From the NCBI GenBank assembly GCA_963812015.1, contig CAWETI010000002.1:704001-768000 (forward strand): 64,000 nucleotides of DNA. Direction: 5' to 3'. Below, piece by piece: positions 10,173 through 19,165 of the stretch (positions within the stretch are counted from its first letter, which is position 1; each line of letters opens with the position of its first letter). The DNA comes from an uncultured delta proteobacterium. GTDB taxonomy: Bacteria > Desulfobacterota > Desulfobaccia > Desulfobaccales > 0-14-0-80-60-11. Position numbers and translations under genes: made by a program. The notes beneath the pieces were generated by a model. The model searched no databases. It had not been told where the DNA came from and saw only the letters and a list, made by a program, of their open reading frames with translations.

Positions 10173-10481
10173 TTAACCCTTATCAGCGTCTTCCTTTTCT
10201 TCCTCTGAAATAGCCTGGGCCAGCTTTTTCCCTGCATCGGTCAAGGTGACAGCCGTTCGATAATGGGTAAGTTTTTCCTGCCAGTATTCAATCAAGCCAC
10301 GCCAGAACAGGCGGGTTAGGCTTCTGGATAAGGCACTATGAGCTGCGGCATATCGACACTTATCAGAAACGGCCCCAGGCTGAACCTCCCATAGGGTTAA
10401 TAGGTTTTGGCATGTTACCAACTTTCCCTGCAGGACATACGTCAGAATCCGCTTTTGAACAAGCGATAGTCCCCGGCCCAT
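10173..10481 (-). CDS. Winged-helix (MarR-like) DNA-binding protein
   Basis: LSRSLTRLFWRGLIE...VTLTDAGKKLA wHTH pattern; last gene of the replication operon. Confidence 0.55.
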   Translation of the reverse strand: MGRGLSLVQKRILTYVLQGKLVTCQNLLTLWEVQPGAVSDKCRYAAAHSALSRSLTRLFWRGLIEYWQEKLTHYRTAVTLTDAGKKLAQAISEEEKEDADKG

Positions 10482-10484
10482 AGG

Positions 10485-10823
10485 CTAACCTCCTATGCAC
10501 TTCGACAAAATCCTCAGTGCTTTTAGCTGTTGAAGCTCAGATTTGTTATTGTCGGCCATGTCTACAATAGCCTGGGCAATCTTCAGCTCTCGAGCTCCCG
10601 CACGGCGGAAAAAAGCTTTAGGGCTGGCGCTAAATTTATTCAAGATTGCCCTTCCGGTGTTGCAAAGGGCTTGGTCACTGGACCCTCGGTAGCCTGCAGC
10701 CCTGGCCGAATCTTTTATTGAAAACCCGGAAAAATATAGTTCCAAGAACGTGATCTGACGCGGCAAGAATTTGAAATCTTCTTTATCATTGTAGGACATT
10801 GGGTTACCCATGCCCAAATTCAT
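10485..10823 (-). CDS. Terminase small subunit-like HTH protein
   Basis: RQITFLELYFSGFSIKDSARAAGYRGSS...GRAIL resembles the TerS N-terminal F..Y...A.RAAGY motif. Confidence 0.5.
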   Translation of the reverse strand: MNLGMGNPMSYNDKEDFKFLPRQITFLELYFSGFSIKDSARAAGYRGSSDQALCNTGRAILNKFSASPKAFFRRAGARELKIAQAIVDMADNNKSELQQLKALRILSKCIGG

Positions 10824-11397
10824 CAGGTTCTTTCCCCGCCCCTATACACCGTTGCACATAGCTTATTTTTGCCAATATTTCCTGCAAGATAGATAGTTCT
10901 TGTTTAATGTAGAACTCCTTCAATTCCTGGGTATCCTTACACTCATACAGCAGGCAGCCGCGGGGGGTGCCCAGGCAGAACATATAGACATTGGCCTGGA
11001 TCAGATGCTCAGGTTTCGGCTCATAAGACCCATAGAATTGATTGGCATTCATAGATTTAATTTCCAGAATGCCGTCAATGCCGTTAATCTCTATGATGCC
11101 GTCAGCATGCCCCCTGATCTCATACTCCTCATGTTCCACGGCGACCTCGGTTTCCCGCAGAACCCCGATTTCTTGCAAATACCCCTGCAACCGGCTATGG
11201 ACAGCGTGGCCGTTATCGAAGATCCGGAGAACTCGAGGCTCAAACTCCTGGTTGGCATCGCCCTGGAGGTAATGATGGTACAGTTCCCGCGGTGATTTGT
11301 GTAGGCTGGAGGGGTGGAAGCACCTCCGAGGTCTTTCAGCCCTGGGCCTGGTTTGCAGATATTTGTCAATTGCCTGAATAATCATCACTTCCTCCAT
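10804..11397 (-). CDS. PD-(D/E)XK Cas4/RecB-like exonuclease
   Basis: PSSL, G.AVH, GHADG, LEIKS and Q...YM motifs. Confidence 0.75.
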   Translation of the reverse strand: MEEVMIIQAIDKYLQTRPRAERPRRCFHPSSLHKSPRELYHHYLQGDANQEFEPRVLRIFDNGHAVHSRLQGYLQEIGVLRETEVAVEHEEYEIRGHADGIIEINGIDGILEIKSMNANQFYGSYEPKPEHLIQANVYMFCLGTPRGCLLYECKDTQELKEFYIKQELSILQEILAKISYVQRCIGAGKEPDEFGHG

Positions 11398-13529
11398 GTC
11401 TGATCAATCATAAGGTCCACTTCTACTGGGACCGTTTTTAAGAAATCCTTACCTGCCCGTATCATCTCGGCTTTGACGATCTCTTTCACGGCCGCCGCCT
11501 GATGCTCCGCGACCTCGATCACTATCTCATCATGAACCAGATTAATGATTTGGGCATCATATGGCCGCAAGGCCTCCATGAGATAATGGATGGCCTTCTT
11601 GAGGATATCCCCGCAAGTGCCCTGTATGGGAGTGTTGCGACCTTTCCGTTCCAGTGACTTTTGGCCTGAAAAGCTGTCTACGGGTGGGTAATAACGCTTC
11701 CGTCCAGACAGGGTCTCGGAATAATGTCGACGCACCGCCTGCATCCCTAAACGCTGCAGGGTGTCCTTGACCCGGGGGTAGGCCCGGAAGTAGGCATGGA
11801 TAAATTTCTCGGCTTGCTCCAAGCCAATACCCAACCGGGCAGCCAAGCCCTTGGCCGTCATCCCATAACACAGGCCAAAGTTAATGGTCTTGGCCACATT
11901 GCGTTGTTCCTTGGTTATCTCCTCAAGGGGTACACCAAACATCTCTGAAGCTGTCCGGGCGTGCAGGTCGTGACCATGGTGATATGCGTCAAGAAAAGCC
12001 GGATCCTGGGAATACTCGGCCAGGATCCGGAGTTCGATCTGTGAGTAGTCAGCAGTGATAATCTGGTACCCTGCCGGCGCCGTGAACAAATCCCTCCATT
12101 CCTGTTCCTTGGGGATCTGCTGGGCATTGGGTTTCTCACAGGTGAACCTCCCAGCCTCGGTGCCGGTCTGGTAAAAGTCTGGGTGGATTCTGCCGGTGTG
12201 CTTATTGATGTGATCTGGCAGAGGTTTGACGAAGGACGACAGCAGTTTTGATACCTTACGGTGCTCCACCAGAGTCCTGGCGAGGGGATGGTCTATCTTT
12301 GATAGAACTCCAATGCCGGTACTTTCCAGGCTGATTCCCAGGTTGGCAAATATCTCCTTCACCTGGGCAGGTGAGTTAAAGTTAACCTTGGACATGTCTC
12401 CGAAAAGGGTAGGCTCCTTTTCCCCTGCCAGTTCATGTAACTCCGTTTCCAGTTGAGCCAACCTTGCCTCAAGGGTCTTTTTTAGGATCCTGAGTTTGCC
12501 TAAATCTAGCAGCATCCCAGCCAACTCCATGTCGGCCACGGCTGGGGCAATAGCGAATTCCAAAAGAGCCGCGTCCGCCAGACCCGCTTGGGCCAGTTTA
12601 TCAGCCTGCCGCCTAAAGATCGGCTCCAGAACCTTCACATCATTCACGGCATAGTCAAGCTGTGAGCGGCTGATCTCTTTGTCAGAGAATGAATTCTGCT
12701 GAGCCTTGTCCAACTCCAGCCCAAGATACTTTTCCGCCAAAGCCTTTAAGGAAAGGTCACCTTTATCCGACAAGCCGGCGGTCAGCAGCGACTCGGCCAG
12801 ATAGGTGTCGAAGAGGTTCCTGATGGTTAGGTCAGGGAACAGGTGCCGCTTGAGGAACTTGATGTCGAATTTGAGATTGTGGCCTATTTTTAGAATCGCC
12901 TGATCCTCCAGGATGCGCCGGAGAATGCTGAAGCCGAGCTGATCTGGGCCAGCGCTTTTCACATTGATGACGAAAACCTTTTCCCCGGCCATGATCTGCA
13001 CCAGTACCAACTCGGCTGAATAAGGGTCCAGGCCGGTAGTTTCAGTGTCAATGAAGACCTTGCTGACAGAATTTTCCTTGACGTATAAGTCAATTAATTC
13101 AAGTTCTTCGCCGGCCTGGATATGAAAGACTTCCGGGCTGGTGTCTTGATGGGGGGATTCGGAAGTGATGAACGTTCCATCCCAGCGTTTAGATTCTATA
13201 ACCGCCTTGGCCTGATCGGACGATTCCAGGATCAAGGGCATAATGATGGGCAGTTCCTCCGGTATAAAGACCAGGTCGCCCTTCTCACGCCACTTTTTTA
13301 TAGCCGCTCCCTCATCTGGCGCCAGCCAGACATTATCCCCCAGAAGGTCTTGATATTCTAAAGAAACACCCATCCTCACAATTTCTGTAAGTTGACCGGC
13401 AAAGGCCCGGTCAAGAATTGATTTCTTGAAGGCATCGTCGGACTGAGGAGTCGCCGCCACCCCCCCAACCTCCGGCATGACCTCTCCTGCGACCTCATGA
13501 CTGGTGGATGTAGTTCTCAAGACAAGCAT
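11385..13529 (-). CDS. Family A DNA polymerase with 3'-5' exonuclease domain, no 5'-3' exonuclease domain
   Basis: Exonuclease motifs IDTETTG, HNLKFD, YAVND; polymerase motifs ADYSQIELR, AKTINFGLCYG, NTPIQG, VHDEI. Confidence 0.9.
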   Translation of the reverse strand: MLVLRTTSTSHEVAGEVMPEVGGVAATPQSDDAFKKSILDRAFAGQLTEIVRMGVSLEYQDLLGDNVWLAPDEGAAIKKWREKGDLVFIPEELPIIMPLILESSDQAKAVIESKRWDGTFITSESPHQDTSPEVFHIQAGEELELIDLYVKENSVSKVFIDTETTGLDPYSAELVLVQIMAGEKVFVINVKSAGPDQLGFSILRRILEDQAILKIGHNLKFDIKFLKRHLFPDLTIRNLFDTYLAESLLTAGLSDKGDLSLKALAEKYLGLELDKAQQNSFSDKEISRSQLDYAVNDVKVLEPIFRRQADKLAQAGLADAALLEFAIAPAVADMELAGMLLDLGKLRILKKTLEARLAQLETELHELAGEKEPTLFGDMSKVNFNSPAQVKEIFANLGISLESTGIGVLSKIDHPLARTLVEHRKVSKLLSSFVKPLPDHINKHTGRIHPDFYQTGTEAGRFTCEKPNAQQIPKEQEWRDLFTAPAGYQIITADYSQIELRILAEYSQDPAFLDAYHHGHDLHARTASEMFGVPLEEITKEQRNVAKTINFGLCYGMTAKGLAARLGIGLEQAEKFIHAYFRAYPRVKDTLQRLGMQAVRRHYSETLSGRKRYYPPVDSFSGQKSLERKGRNTPIQGTCGDILKKAIHYLMEALRPYDAQIINLVHDEIVIEVAEHQAAAVKEIVKAEMIRAGKDFLKTVPVEVDLMIDQTWRK

Positions 13530-13543
13530 GGATTTCTCCTCTT

Positions 13544-13932
13544 AATATGCGACATACGACATATATACGACAAAAGGCCTGTCGTATTTCTCATGTAGAT
13601 GTATCCTTCAAAATCTCATTTACGACACACACGACAGGGGGGAAGAAGAAGCACACTTTTTTTCCATAAACCTCATGGATATACGACATACATACGACAA
13701 ACACTCCAATGTAGATAACATACTAAATTACCTAATTTTATTGCCCATATACGACAAACCTAAAGGTACTAAGAGCAAGAATTTTTATCAGTCCAATTCT
13801 CTGGGCTTTCAGAAAAAAACGTGTCTTCTACCTTTCCCGTGTCGTATGTCGTAAATGAACATATATTCAATGATTACCGCATGTTATTATACGACATTGG
13901 TAATGTCGTATATATGTCGTATGTCGTATATT
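13544..13932. repeat. Iteron array / putative replication origin: TACGACA heptamers in both orientations inside a 29-bp terminal inverted repeat
   Basis: TACGACA at 13555, 13566, 13621, 13682, 13693, 13750, 13890; TGTCGTA at 13580, 13840, 13847, 13904, 13915, 13922; 13544-13572 matches the reverse complement of 13904-13932 at 28/29; AT-rich core. Confidence 0.8.
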
Positions 13933-13937
13933 CTTCA

Positions 13938-16610
13938 TTACCCATCATCGATGATCTCAATCTGCTCCCCAGAGATGGGGTGCACAAATTGGATCCCCTT
14001 GCAAAGTTCAGGGAAATTGTTGATGAGCGCTTCACCAGCCGGTAGCATTGACTTTTTAGAGAAAATTGGGTTGCTGGCGGTTTCCTCCACTGGTTTGAAA
14101 AACACCTGCCGCCCACGCTTCTTTTTGTCGAGCAGCCCGTTTTCCACTGCTGGTTCCAGCCACCTCTCCACGGTGCGCCGGGTTTTGCCCGCCTTATTCA
14201 CCAACTCGGTCATGGACACCATGGCGTCCATTTCGTTCTCGCTGGTGTAAGCAGCATCTTTCCCCGCATAAATCTCCCGGACCATCTGCACCAGCATCTC
14301 GGTTTTCGGTGAGGTCCCCTCCACCGTCTCGATCAAGGTGCCTTCCAGCAGCTCCTTGACCATGAGGTAATCAACCACCGAGGCCTCCAGGTATTCCTGG
14401 CCATCCTTGCGGACTATCTTCCTCTGGTATTGGTGCAGCAGCGCACAAACCTCGATGGCCATCAGAATGCGTTCAAAGTCCCGGCGGATCCGCACCTTCT
14501 TGACCGGCATGTGCTGGGCTAACCACTTGCTGTAAGGGATGATTACGGGATACGGCTTCAAAACCCGCTGGATGTTCGTCCACCGGTCTATCTCAGCCTG
14601 CGGCAGCCCGGGATTTTCCTTGGCATACTTGTCACCGATTAATTTGATGATGGCCTGGGTTTGACCCTCCGACTCGTCGATGAACAGGGAGAAGATTCTG
14701 GTTTCGTTCTCATCAAATATCTGGGGTTGCGTGGTGGTGGTGATGAAGCCCGTGGGGCCTTCTTTGTCGATGACGACAGTTTCGTATTTACCGTCCACTT
14801 TGGCCGTATACTCATACCGCAGGCGGCCTTCGCTCATCAGGGTGCGGACCAGGTAGTTGATCTCGTCGCTCTGACCTGCGAATTCAAAAAATATAATGAA
14901 TTTATGTCGGAAATCTCTGTCCGAGTAGATGAGGGCCTTATCCGACATGCTGCTGTATTCATAGAAAAATTCTGCGGGGAATACTTTTAAGCACATTTTT
15001 AGAAGCCAGCTTTTCCCGGATGAAGAATCTGCCTTGATGGCCAGGCTGATGAGATTGTCTGCCAACAGACGGGATGTCAGGGCTATCAGCACCAGCCTGA
15101 TGTTCCGCTCCTCTCCCACCACCCCGAGCCGGCCAATAAATTTCCCGTAGTCATAGAGGAGGGACGGGCTCTTTAACAGTTCAATGGCTTTCTCCACCTC
15201 CTCCTTGGAGAGCTGCCGCTCCAGCTTGCCGTCCTTGGGCAGTTCAATGATTTGCTTACGGTACGCCAGGAGACTGCCGATATCTGCATTCTTCAGCTTC
15301 AGGGCCTTTTTCCTAGCCTCCAGGAATTTCTTCGCGGTGCCGGCATCCACACCCGACAAACAGCTGCCGGTGAATTTCTTCAACTGCAGGAAATTCTTGA
15401 ACCCATCCTCCCCCAGGCACAGGTCTTGAAATAACCCTTCCAGGTCCTCCTCCAGTAGGTATGCAAACCGGATAGGTGAAGGTTTCCGCAGTTTCCCGGT
15501 ACCTGGGTCATGGGAGGGCGTGAGGTTGCAGTTGCACAACTCAGCCTGGAAATCCTGGAAGTGCTCCATCACCACCTTCCGCAGAGCCTCACAGCCGTAT
15601 GGGGCCGCCTTCCCTTGGTTCCTTTGGAGATAGTAACGGGTCTTCTCCTCGGAAAAGTCCGGGCAACCGCCGATGATCTGCCGGATAAAGGCCAGATCTT
15701 GGTCCAGGTCACCCAGGGCCAGGGAGAAGGAACTCAGAGCCAGGCGGATCCCATGGGGGAGGTGATTCCCTGCCTTGCCTTTCTGTTTCAGGAACTCCAT
15801 CAGGTAGCAACGCTCAAAGATGCGGTCGCCATTGAGTGGAATTCCAGTGAGTGCACTTGGGCCTGGGGCTATCTCTGCGATTTCCACGGGTATGGCAAGA
15901 AAGTCCTCACGCAGCTTCTCATCAGGGCTGACAAGGAATGAATCAGTTACAAATGCAGATAAACGTTGAGGACGGTCAGCGTAATGAGGCTTATTAAAAA
16001 TCTTGGTGCCGAAAACCTTGACAAGCCTGCGCATGTCGAAGACGGAAGGATCTATCTTCACGCCTTCGGCTGCGAACTTCTCAGAGAACCTGCTCCCCCA
16101 CTTTTTGAGGCGGGCCTGGGCTTCTTTACGATTACTGGCATCAATAGATATCTCCGGGATCGGCATAAAGACCCAGAAGCCATTCCCTGAATCGGCAAGA
16201 ATTGCCTCCCCGTACCCCAAGCCGTTACTCATGGTGCGTTGAATCTCCACAGCAATCTCAAAAACTCGTCCTTTTTCGGCATCAGTAGCATTTAATTTCG
16301 CCGGCGCCATGCTATCCAGGTCGGCATATAAAAACCTTAGCCCGACAATGTCCTCATTAGTAGCTGATCTTGAACTTCCCAGGAGTTTCTGGTCCCTAGG
16401 CTGCAGGCCAGCGTAACACGTGAATCCCTGATGGTTATAGGCGACCACGCTCTCAATGAACGGCTGTTTATCACCCATAGCAAAATACTTGGTGGCCTGA
16501 GCTCCGCTAGGTTTTCTGAAGTATGTTTCAATAACTCCGGTATCGGTTTGAACAAGGTCAAAAAATCTGCCAATATCGGTCAGTTGCTTGCGTGTAATTT
16601 GCACTTCCAT
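13938..16610 (-). CDS. Primase-helicase: AEP/RepB-like domain, PriL-like Cys domain, P-loop ATPase and C-terminal wHTH
   Basis: YADLD, DSGNG and D...D.RRL.K..GT motifs; HLPHGIRLAL...DFSEEKTRYY...YGC...CNC; ADSSSGKS Walker A; EGPTGFITTTT. Confidence 0.75.
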   Translation of the reverse strand: MEVQITRKQLTDIGRFFDLVQTDTGVIETYFRKPSGAQATKYFAMGDKQPFIESVVAYNHQGFTCYAGLQPRDQKLLGSSRSATNEDIVGLRFLYADLDSMAPAKLNATDAEKGRVFEIAVEIQRTMSNGLGYGEAILADSGNGFWVFMPIPEISIDASNRKEAQARLKKWGSRFSEKFAAEGVKIDPSVFDMRRLVKVFGTKIFNKPHYADRPQRLSAFVTDSFLVSPDEKLREDFLAIPVEIAEIAPGPSALTGIPLNGDRIFERCYLMEFLKQKGKAGNHLPHGIRLALSSFSLALGDLDQDLAFIRQIIGGCPDFSEEKTRYYLQRNQGKAAPYGCEALRKVVMEHFQDFQAELCNCNLTPSHDPGTGKLRKPSPIRFAYLLEEDLEGLFQDLCLGEDGFKNFLQLKKFTGSCLSGVDAGTAKKFLEARKKALKLKNADIGSLLAYRKQIIELPKDGKLERQLSKEEVEKAIELLKSPSLLYDYGKFIGRLGVVGEERNIRLVLIALTSRLLADNLISLAIKADSSSGKSWLLKMCLKVFPAEFFYEYSSMSDKALIYSDRDFRHKFIIFFEFAGQSDEINYLVRTLMSEGRLRYEYTAKVDGKYETVVIDKEGPTGFITTTTQPQIFDENETRIFSLFIDESEGQTQAIIKLIGDKYAKENPGLPQAEIDRWTNIQRVLKPYPVIIPYSKWLAQHMPVKKVRIRRDFERILMAIEVCALLHQYQRKIVRKDGQEYLEASVVDYLMVKELLEGTLIETVEGTSPKTEMLVQMVREIYAGKDAAYTSENEMDAMVSMTELVNKAGKTRRTVERWLEPAVENGLLDKKKRGRQVFFKPVEETASNPIFSKKSMLPAGEALINNFPELCKGIQFVHPISGEQIEIIDDG

Positions 16611-16614
16611 CTTT

Positions 16615-17982
16615 TTATCCGTAAGGGACTTCTTCTATTTGATAACCACCATACGCCTGTTGTTTCCGGCTAAAATATTGAGACTCCGCTAATCCGACCA
16701 AAGAATCTACGAAGTCGTAGACAATGGCGTCTTTTTTCCCTTCATGGGTCCGCAGAATTCTCCCGACCTGCTGGCTGACTTTATTGCTGCTTCGAGCCGG
16801 ACACGTCAGGAACAGGCGGTCCAGCCTTTGGATGTCTAAGCCCTCATCTGCAAGTTTGGTGGCGAACAACACGCTGATTTTGCCCGTCGTCATAGCCTCG
16901 ATGGCCTGCCCCCGCTTAGATTTGCTGTCCGTTCCGGTAATCACTGCTGCCTTACCATCCTGGAACATCTTCATAAACAGCCGGTAGAGCTCCTTTATAT
17001 GGTTGATTCGTTCGCTCAGCACCAGGCAAGAATGACCCTCCCAGGCCTCGGCGATGACATGGTTAATGATCAAATTATTCCGTTCCCGGTCCCTCGTGAG
17101 CATAGCCAACAGGTGTCCATAGTCGCGACATTCGGGAAGGTAACAGTTAGTTTGAATTACTCTGATGGTGGGTTTCAGGATATGCCCATTGCTGAACAAC
17201 TCCTCCTGCCCCACCGTTGCTTGGATGGGTCCCATCACGGCATGGAGAATAAAACTCAAAGCATCCCGGCGCTCTGGCGTGGCAGTTAGTCCATAGCGAT
17301 ACAGTGCCGGGAACTGGCTAATCAGGGTCTGGAAGGTGGTGGCTGGGCAATGGTGGCACTCATCTAAGAGTACCAACCCAAATTGGTTGACGAATTGGGA
17401 GCCCAGAGGCTTGGTGAGTGACTGGACCATGCCTATGGTGATCGGTTTGATATCGAACCTATCGGCGCTGATCACCCCCCTTTCCACATCGGTGAAGGTT
17501 CTGACTCTTTCATCCCACTGTTGCAGTAAATCCTTGGTATGAACGAGGATCAGTGAGCGTTGGGCTTGTCTTAAAATTAGTTCGATCCCCATGACCGTTT
17601 TCCCCGCACCAGATGGTGCGTGTAGTAGACCCTGAAACTTCACCGACAGTTGATTTACCGGCTCGACTTGATAATCTTTGAGGGTGATTTGTGATGCGCT
17701 GAACTCAGCAGTTCTGGTGACTGTTCTGTCCTCGATTTGCAGGAAAGGGTTGTTGACGAACAAATTAGCGATAAGGCCACGAGGTAAGATCAGCGAGGAA
17801 CCAGTTTCTTCAACCAGGCAGATGGTTTTAGGGATTCCGAAGGTACTGAAACCAAGACGCTCAGCTTCGGCATGGCGTGGATTTGGATAAGTAAATCGCT
17901 TCTGCAATGCGGCCACGTTCAGGTACGGATTATCAGATTTACATATCTCTAAATAGTTGTGGATAATGATTTTGTTCACCAT
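16615..17982 (-). CDS. SF2 DEAD/DEAH-box helicase (XPB/SSL2/ResIII-like)
   Basis: APSGAGKT, DECHH, LTATPER, EGLDI and QQVGRILR motifs. Confidence 0.85.
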   Translation of the reverse strand: MVNKIIIHNYLEICKSDNPYLNVAALQKRFTYPNPRHAEAERLGFSTFGIPKTICLVEETGSSLILPRGLIANLFVNNPFLQIEDRTVTRTAEFSASQITLKDYQVEPVNQLSVKFQGLLHAPSGAGKTVMGIELILRQAQRSLILVHTKDLLQQWDERVRTFTDVERGVISADRFDIKPITIGMVQSLTKPLGSQFVNQFGLVLLDECHHCPATTFQTLISQFPALYRYGLTATPERRDALSFILHAVMGPIQATVGQEELFSNGHILKPTIRVIQTNCYLPECRDYGHLLAMLTRDRERNNLIINHVIAEAWEGHSCLVLSERINHIKELYRLFMKMFQDGKAAVITGTDSKSKRGQAIEAMTTGKISVLFATKLADEGLDIQRLDRLFLTCPARSSNKVSQQVGRILRTHEGKKDAIVYDFVDSLVGLAESQYFSRKQQAYGGYQIEEVPYG

Positions 17983-17998
17983 TGGTCGTCCTAAAGTT

Positions 17999-18024
17999 GC
18001 GGGGGAAGTCGGTGCTTCCCCCGC
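17999..18024. terminator. Perfect 10-bp GC hairpin between genes (no U-tract; pause or processing site)
   Basis: GCGGGGGAAG-TCGGTG-CTTCCCCCGC. Confidence 0.45.
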
Positions 18025-18033
18025 TATCGGTAA

Positions 18034-18645
18034 TTACGCTGTCCACGGGTTTCCAGCGTTCGCCGGCTGAGTTGCTGATACCGTCTCGACAGCAGCCTGG
18101 ATGATTGTCGGATCCGGGTCCGAATCGGTTGGCGGCATCCCGATGACGATGGTGAATACCGCCACGCCGTAGCGCCCTCCCTGTTTACTCGTGCGCGGTA
18201 CCACGCTAATTTTCACCCAGACATCTTCCGGTCTTAGGCCTGAATTCTTCAAATGCCGAAAGAAACTCCCAGCGGCGCTGGCGGAAGTTGGGGACAATGA
18301 CAAGATCGTCGTCTTCTCAGGGTCCTTTATGGCCAGTTCCATCCGGGGCTGATACCCCTCAGGATAGGGCTGACGGGTGAGCGGCATCTTCGACAAGACA
18401 ACGCCCTCAAACTTGCCCAAGTAGGTCTCGATCCCGACGATTCGTCCAGTAATGAACGGGACGGTGTGATCGAACGCTTTGTAATGAATGCCAATTTCTG
18501 TGATCGATGCGAAGTACCCCTCTGGGGCAACGCTCGCCGCCGCCTCAAGATTCTCGTCGGAGATTTTGAGGGTAACCAAATCTTTTCTTTCTTCCTTGAT
18601 GGCCGGAATGTTTGTCGTTACCTTCTTATCATCCTTATCATCCAT
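18034..18645 (-). CDS. Hypothetical protein, possibly phage-type ssDNA-binding/annealing protein
   Basis: Strong AGGAG SD; beta-rich core with flexible tail ending NPWTA; precedes helicase and primase. Confidence 0.45.
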   Translation of the reverse strand: MDDKDDKKVTTNIPAIKEERKDLVTLKISDENLEAAASVAPEGYFASITEIGIHYKAFDHTVPFITGRIVGIETYLGKFEGVVLSKMPLTRQPYPEGYQPRMELAIKDPEKTTILSLSPTSASAAGSFFRHLKNSGLRPEDVWVKISVVPRTSKQGGRYGVAVFTIVIGMPPTDSDPDPTIIQAAVETVSATQPANAGNPWTA

Positions 18646-18660
18646 GCTTCTTCTCCTTTT

Positions 18661-18747
18661 TCAGTTGGTTTTCCAGGTCGTTTTTGGGTTGCGCTTCTTC
18701 GTCATAGGCCGTTGATTTGATGTTCTTTTCGGGTTTATTTCCGGCAT
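18661..18747 (-). CDS. Small basic 28-aa ORF (MPEINPKRTSNQRPMTKKRNPKTTWKTN)
   Basis: Starts in a TGATG overlap with the alpA stop, GGAGG just upstream, ends just before the next SD. Confidence 0.3.
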   Translation of the reverse strand: MPEINPKRTSNQRPMTKKRNPKTTWKTN

Positions 18748-18965
18748 CACCTCCGTTGGTCGCTGTTCTGGTGGGGTCCTTGCTCTTTCAGACCCTGAAG
18801 CCAAGCCTCCAGGTCACTTCGCAGCCAACCGGAGGCTCTGCCTCCAGCTCCAAGCTTCACTCGACGTGGGAAAGTGCCGAGCCGTTCTCTTCGCCAAAGC
18901 GAAGTCCTGCTCAGGCCCACAAGCTTAATCACTTCCTTTTCTCGCAATATCATTGATAGTTCCAT
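18747..18965 (-). CDS. alpA: AlpA-family regulator / excisionase
   Basis: LREKEVIKLVGLSRTSLWRRERLGTFPRRVKLG...GWLRSDLEAWL. Confidence 0.85.
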   Translation of the reverse strand: MELSMILREKEVIKLVGLSRTSLWRRERLGTFPRRVKLGAGGRASGWLRSDLEAWLQGLKEQGPHQNSDQRR

Positions 18966-19165
18966 AGCAAACCCCTCTTGTTTCTGCTAATTGCTCAACA
19001 TGGTCAAATTGAACCATAAAGTTGCGTGCTTTGCGAGAATAATAGCAAGGAAGGTTACTTAAGCGAAAGGGAGGAGTTGAATAGTAAGAAAATACTTAAG
19101 TTAGGAGAATTTGTGATTTGCGTTACAAGGCGGGGCAAAAAAGGTTACTTAGTTCAAAGTGTTAA

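Noticed and set aside
13390..13430. KKSILDRAFAGQL in the PolA N-terminus resembles the HsdS C-terminal motif
   Set aside because: Only about 12 residues with no other type I RM features; cannot be distinguished from chance.
13544..13932. CRISPR array (a Cas4-like gene is nearby)
   Set aside because: Repeats are 7-mers in both orientations with irregular spacing, there is no repeat-spacer period, and no cas1/cas2 is present.
13821..14250. Small ORFs across the iteron region
   Set aside because: They are translations of the repeats or antisense to the primase gene.
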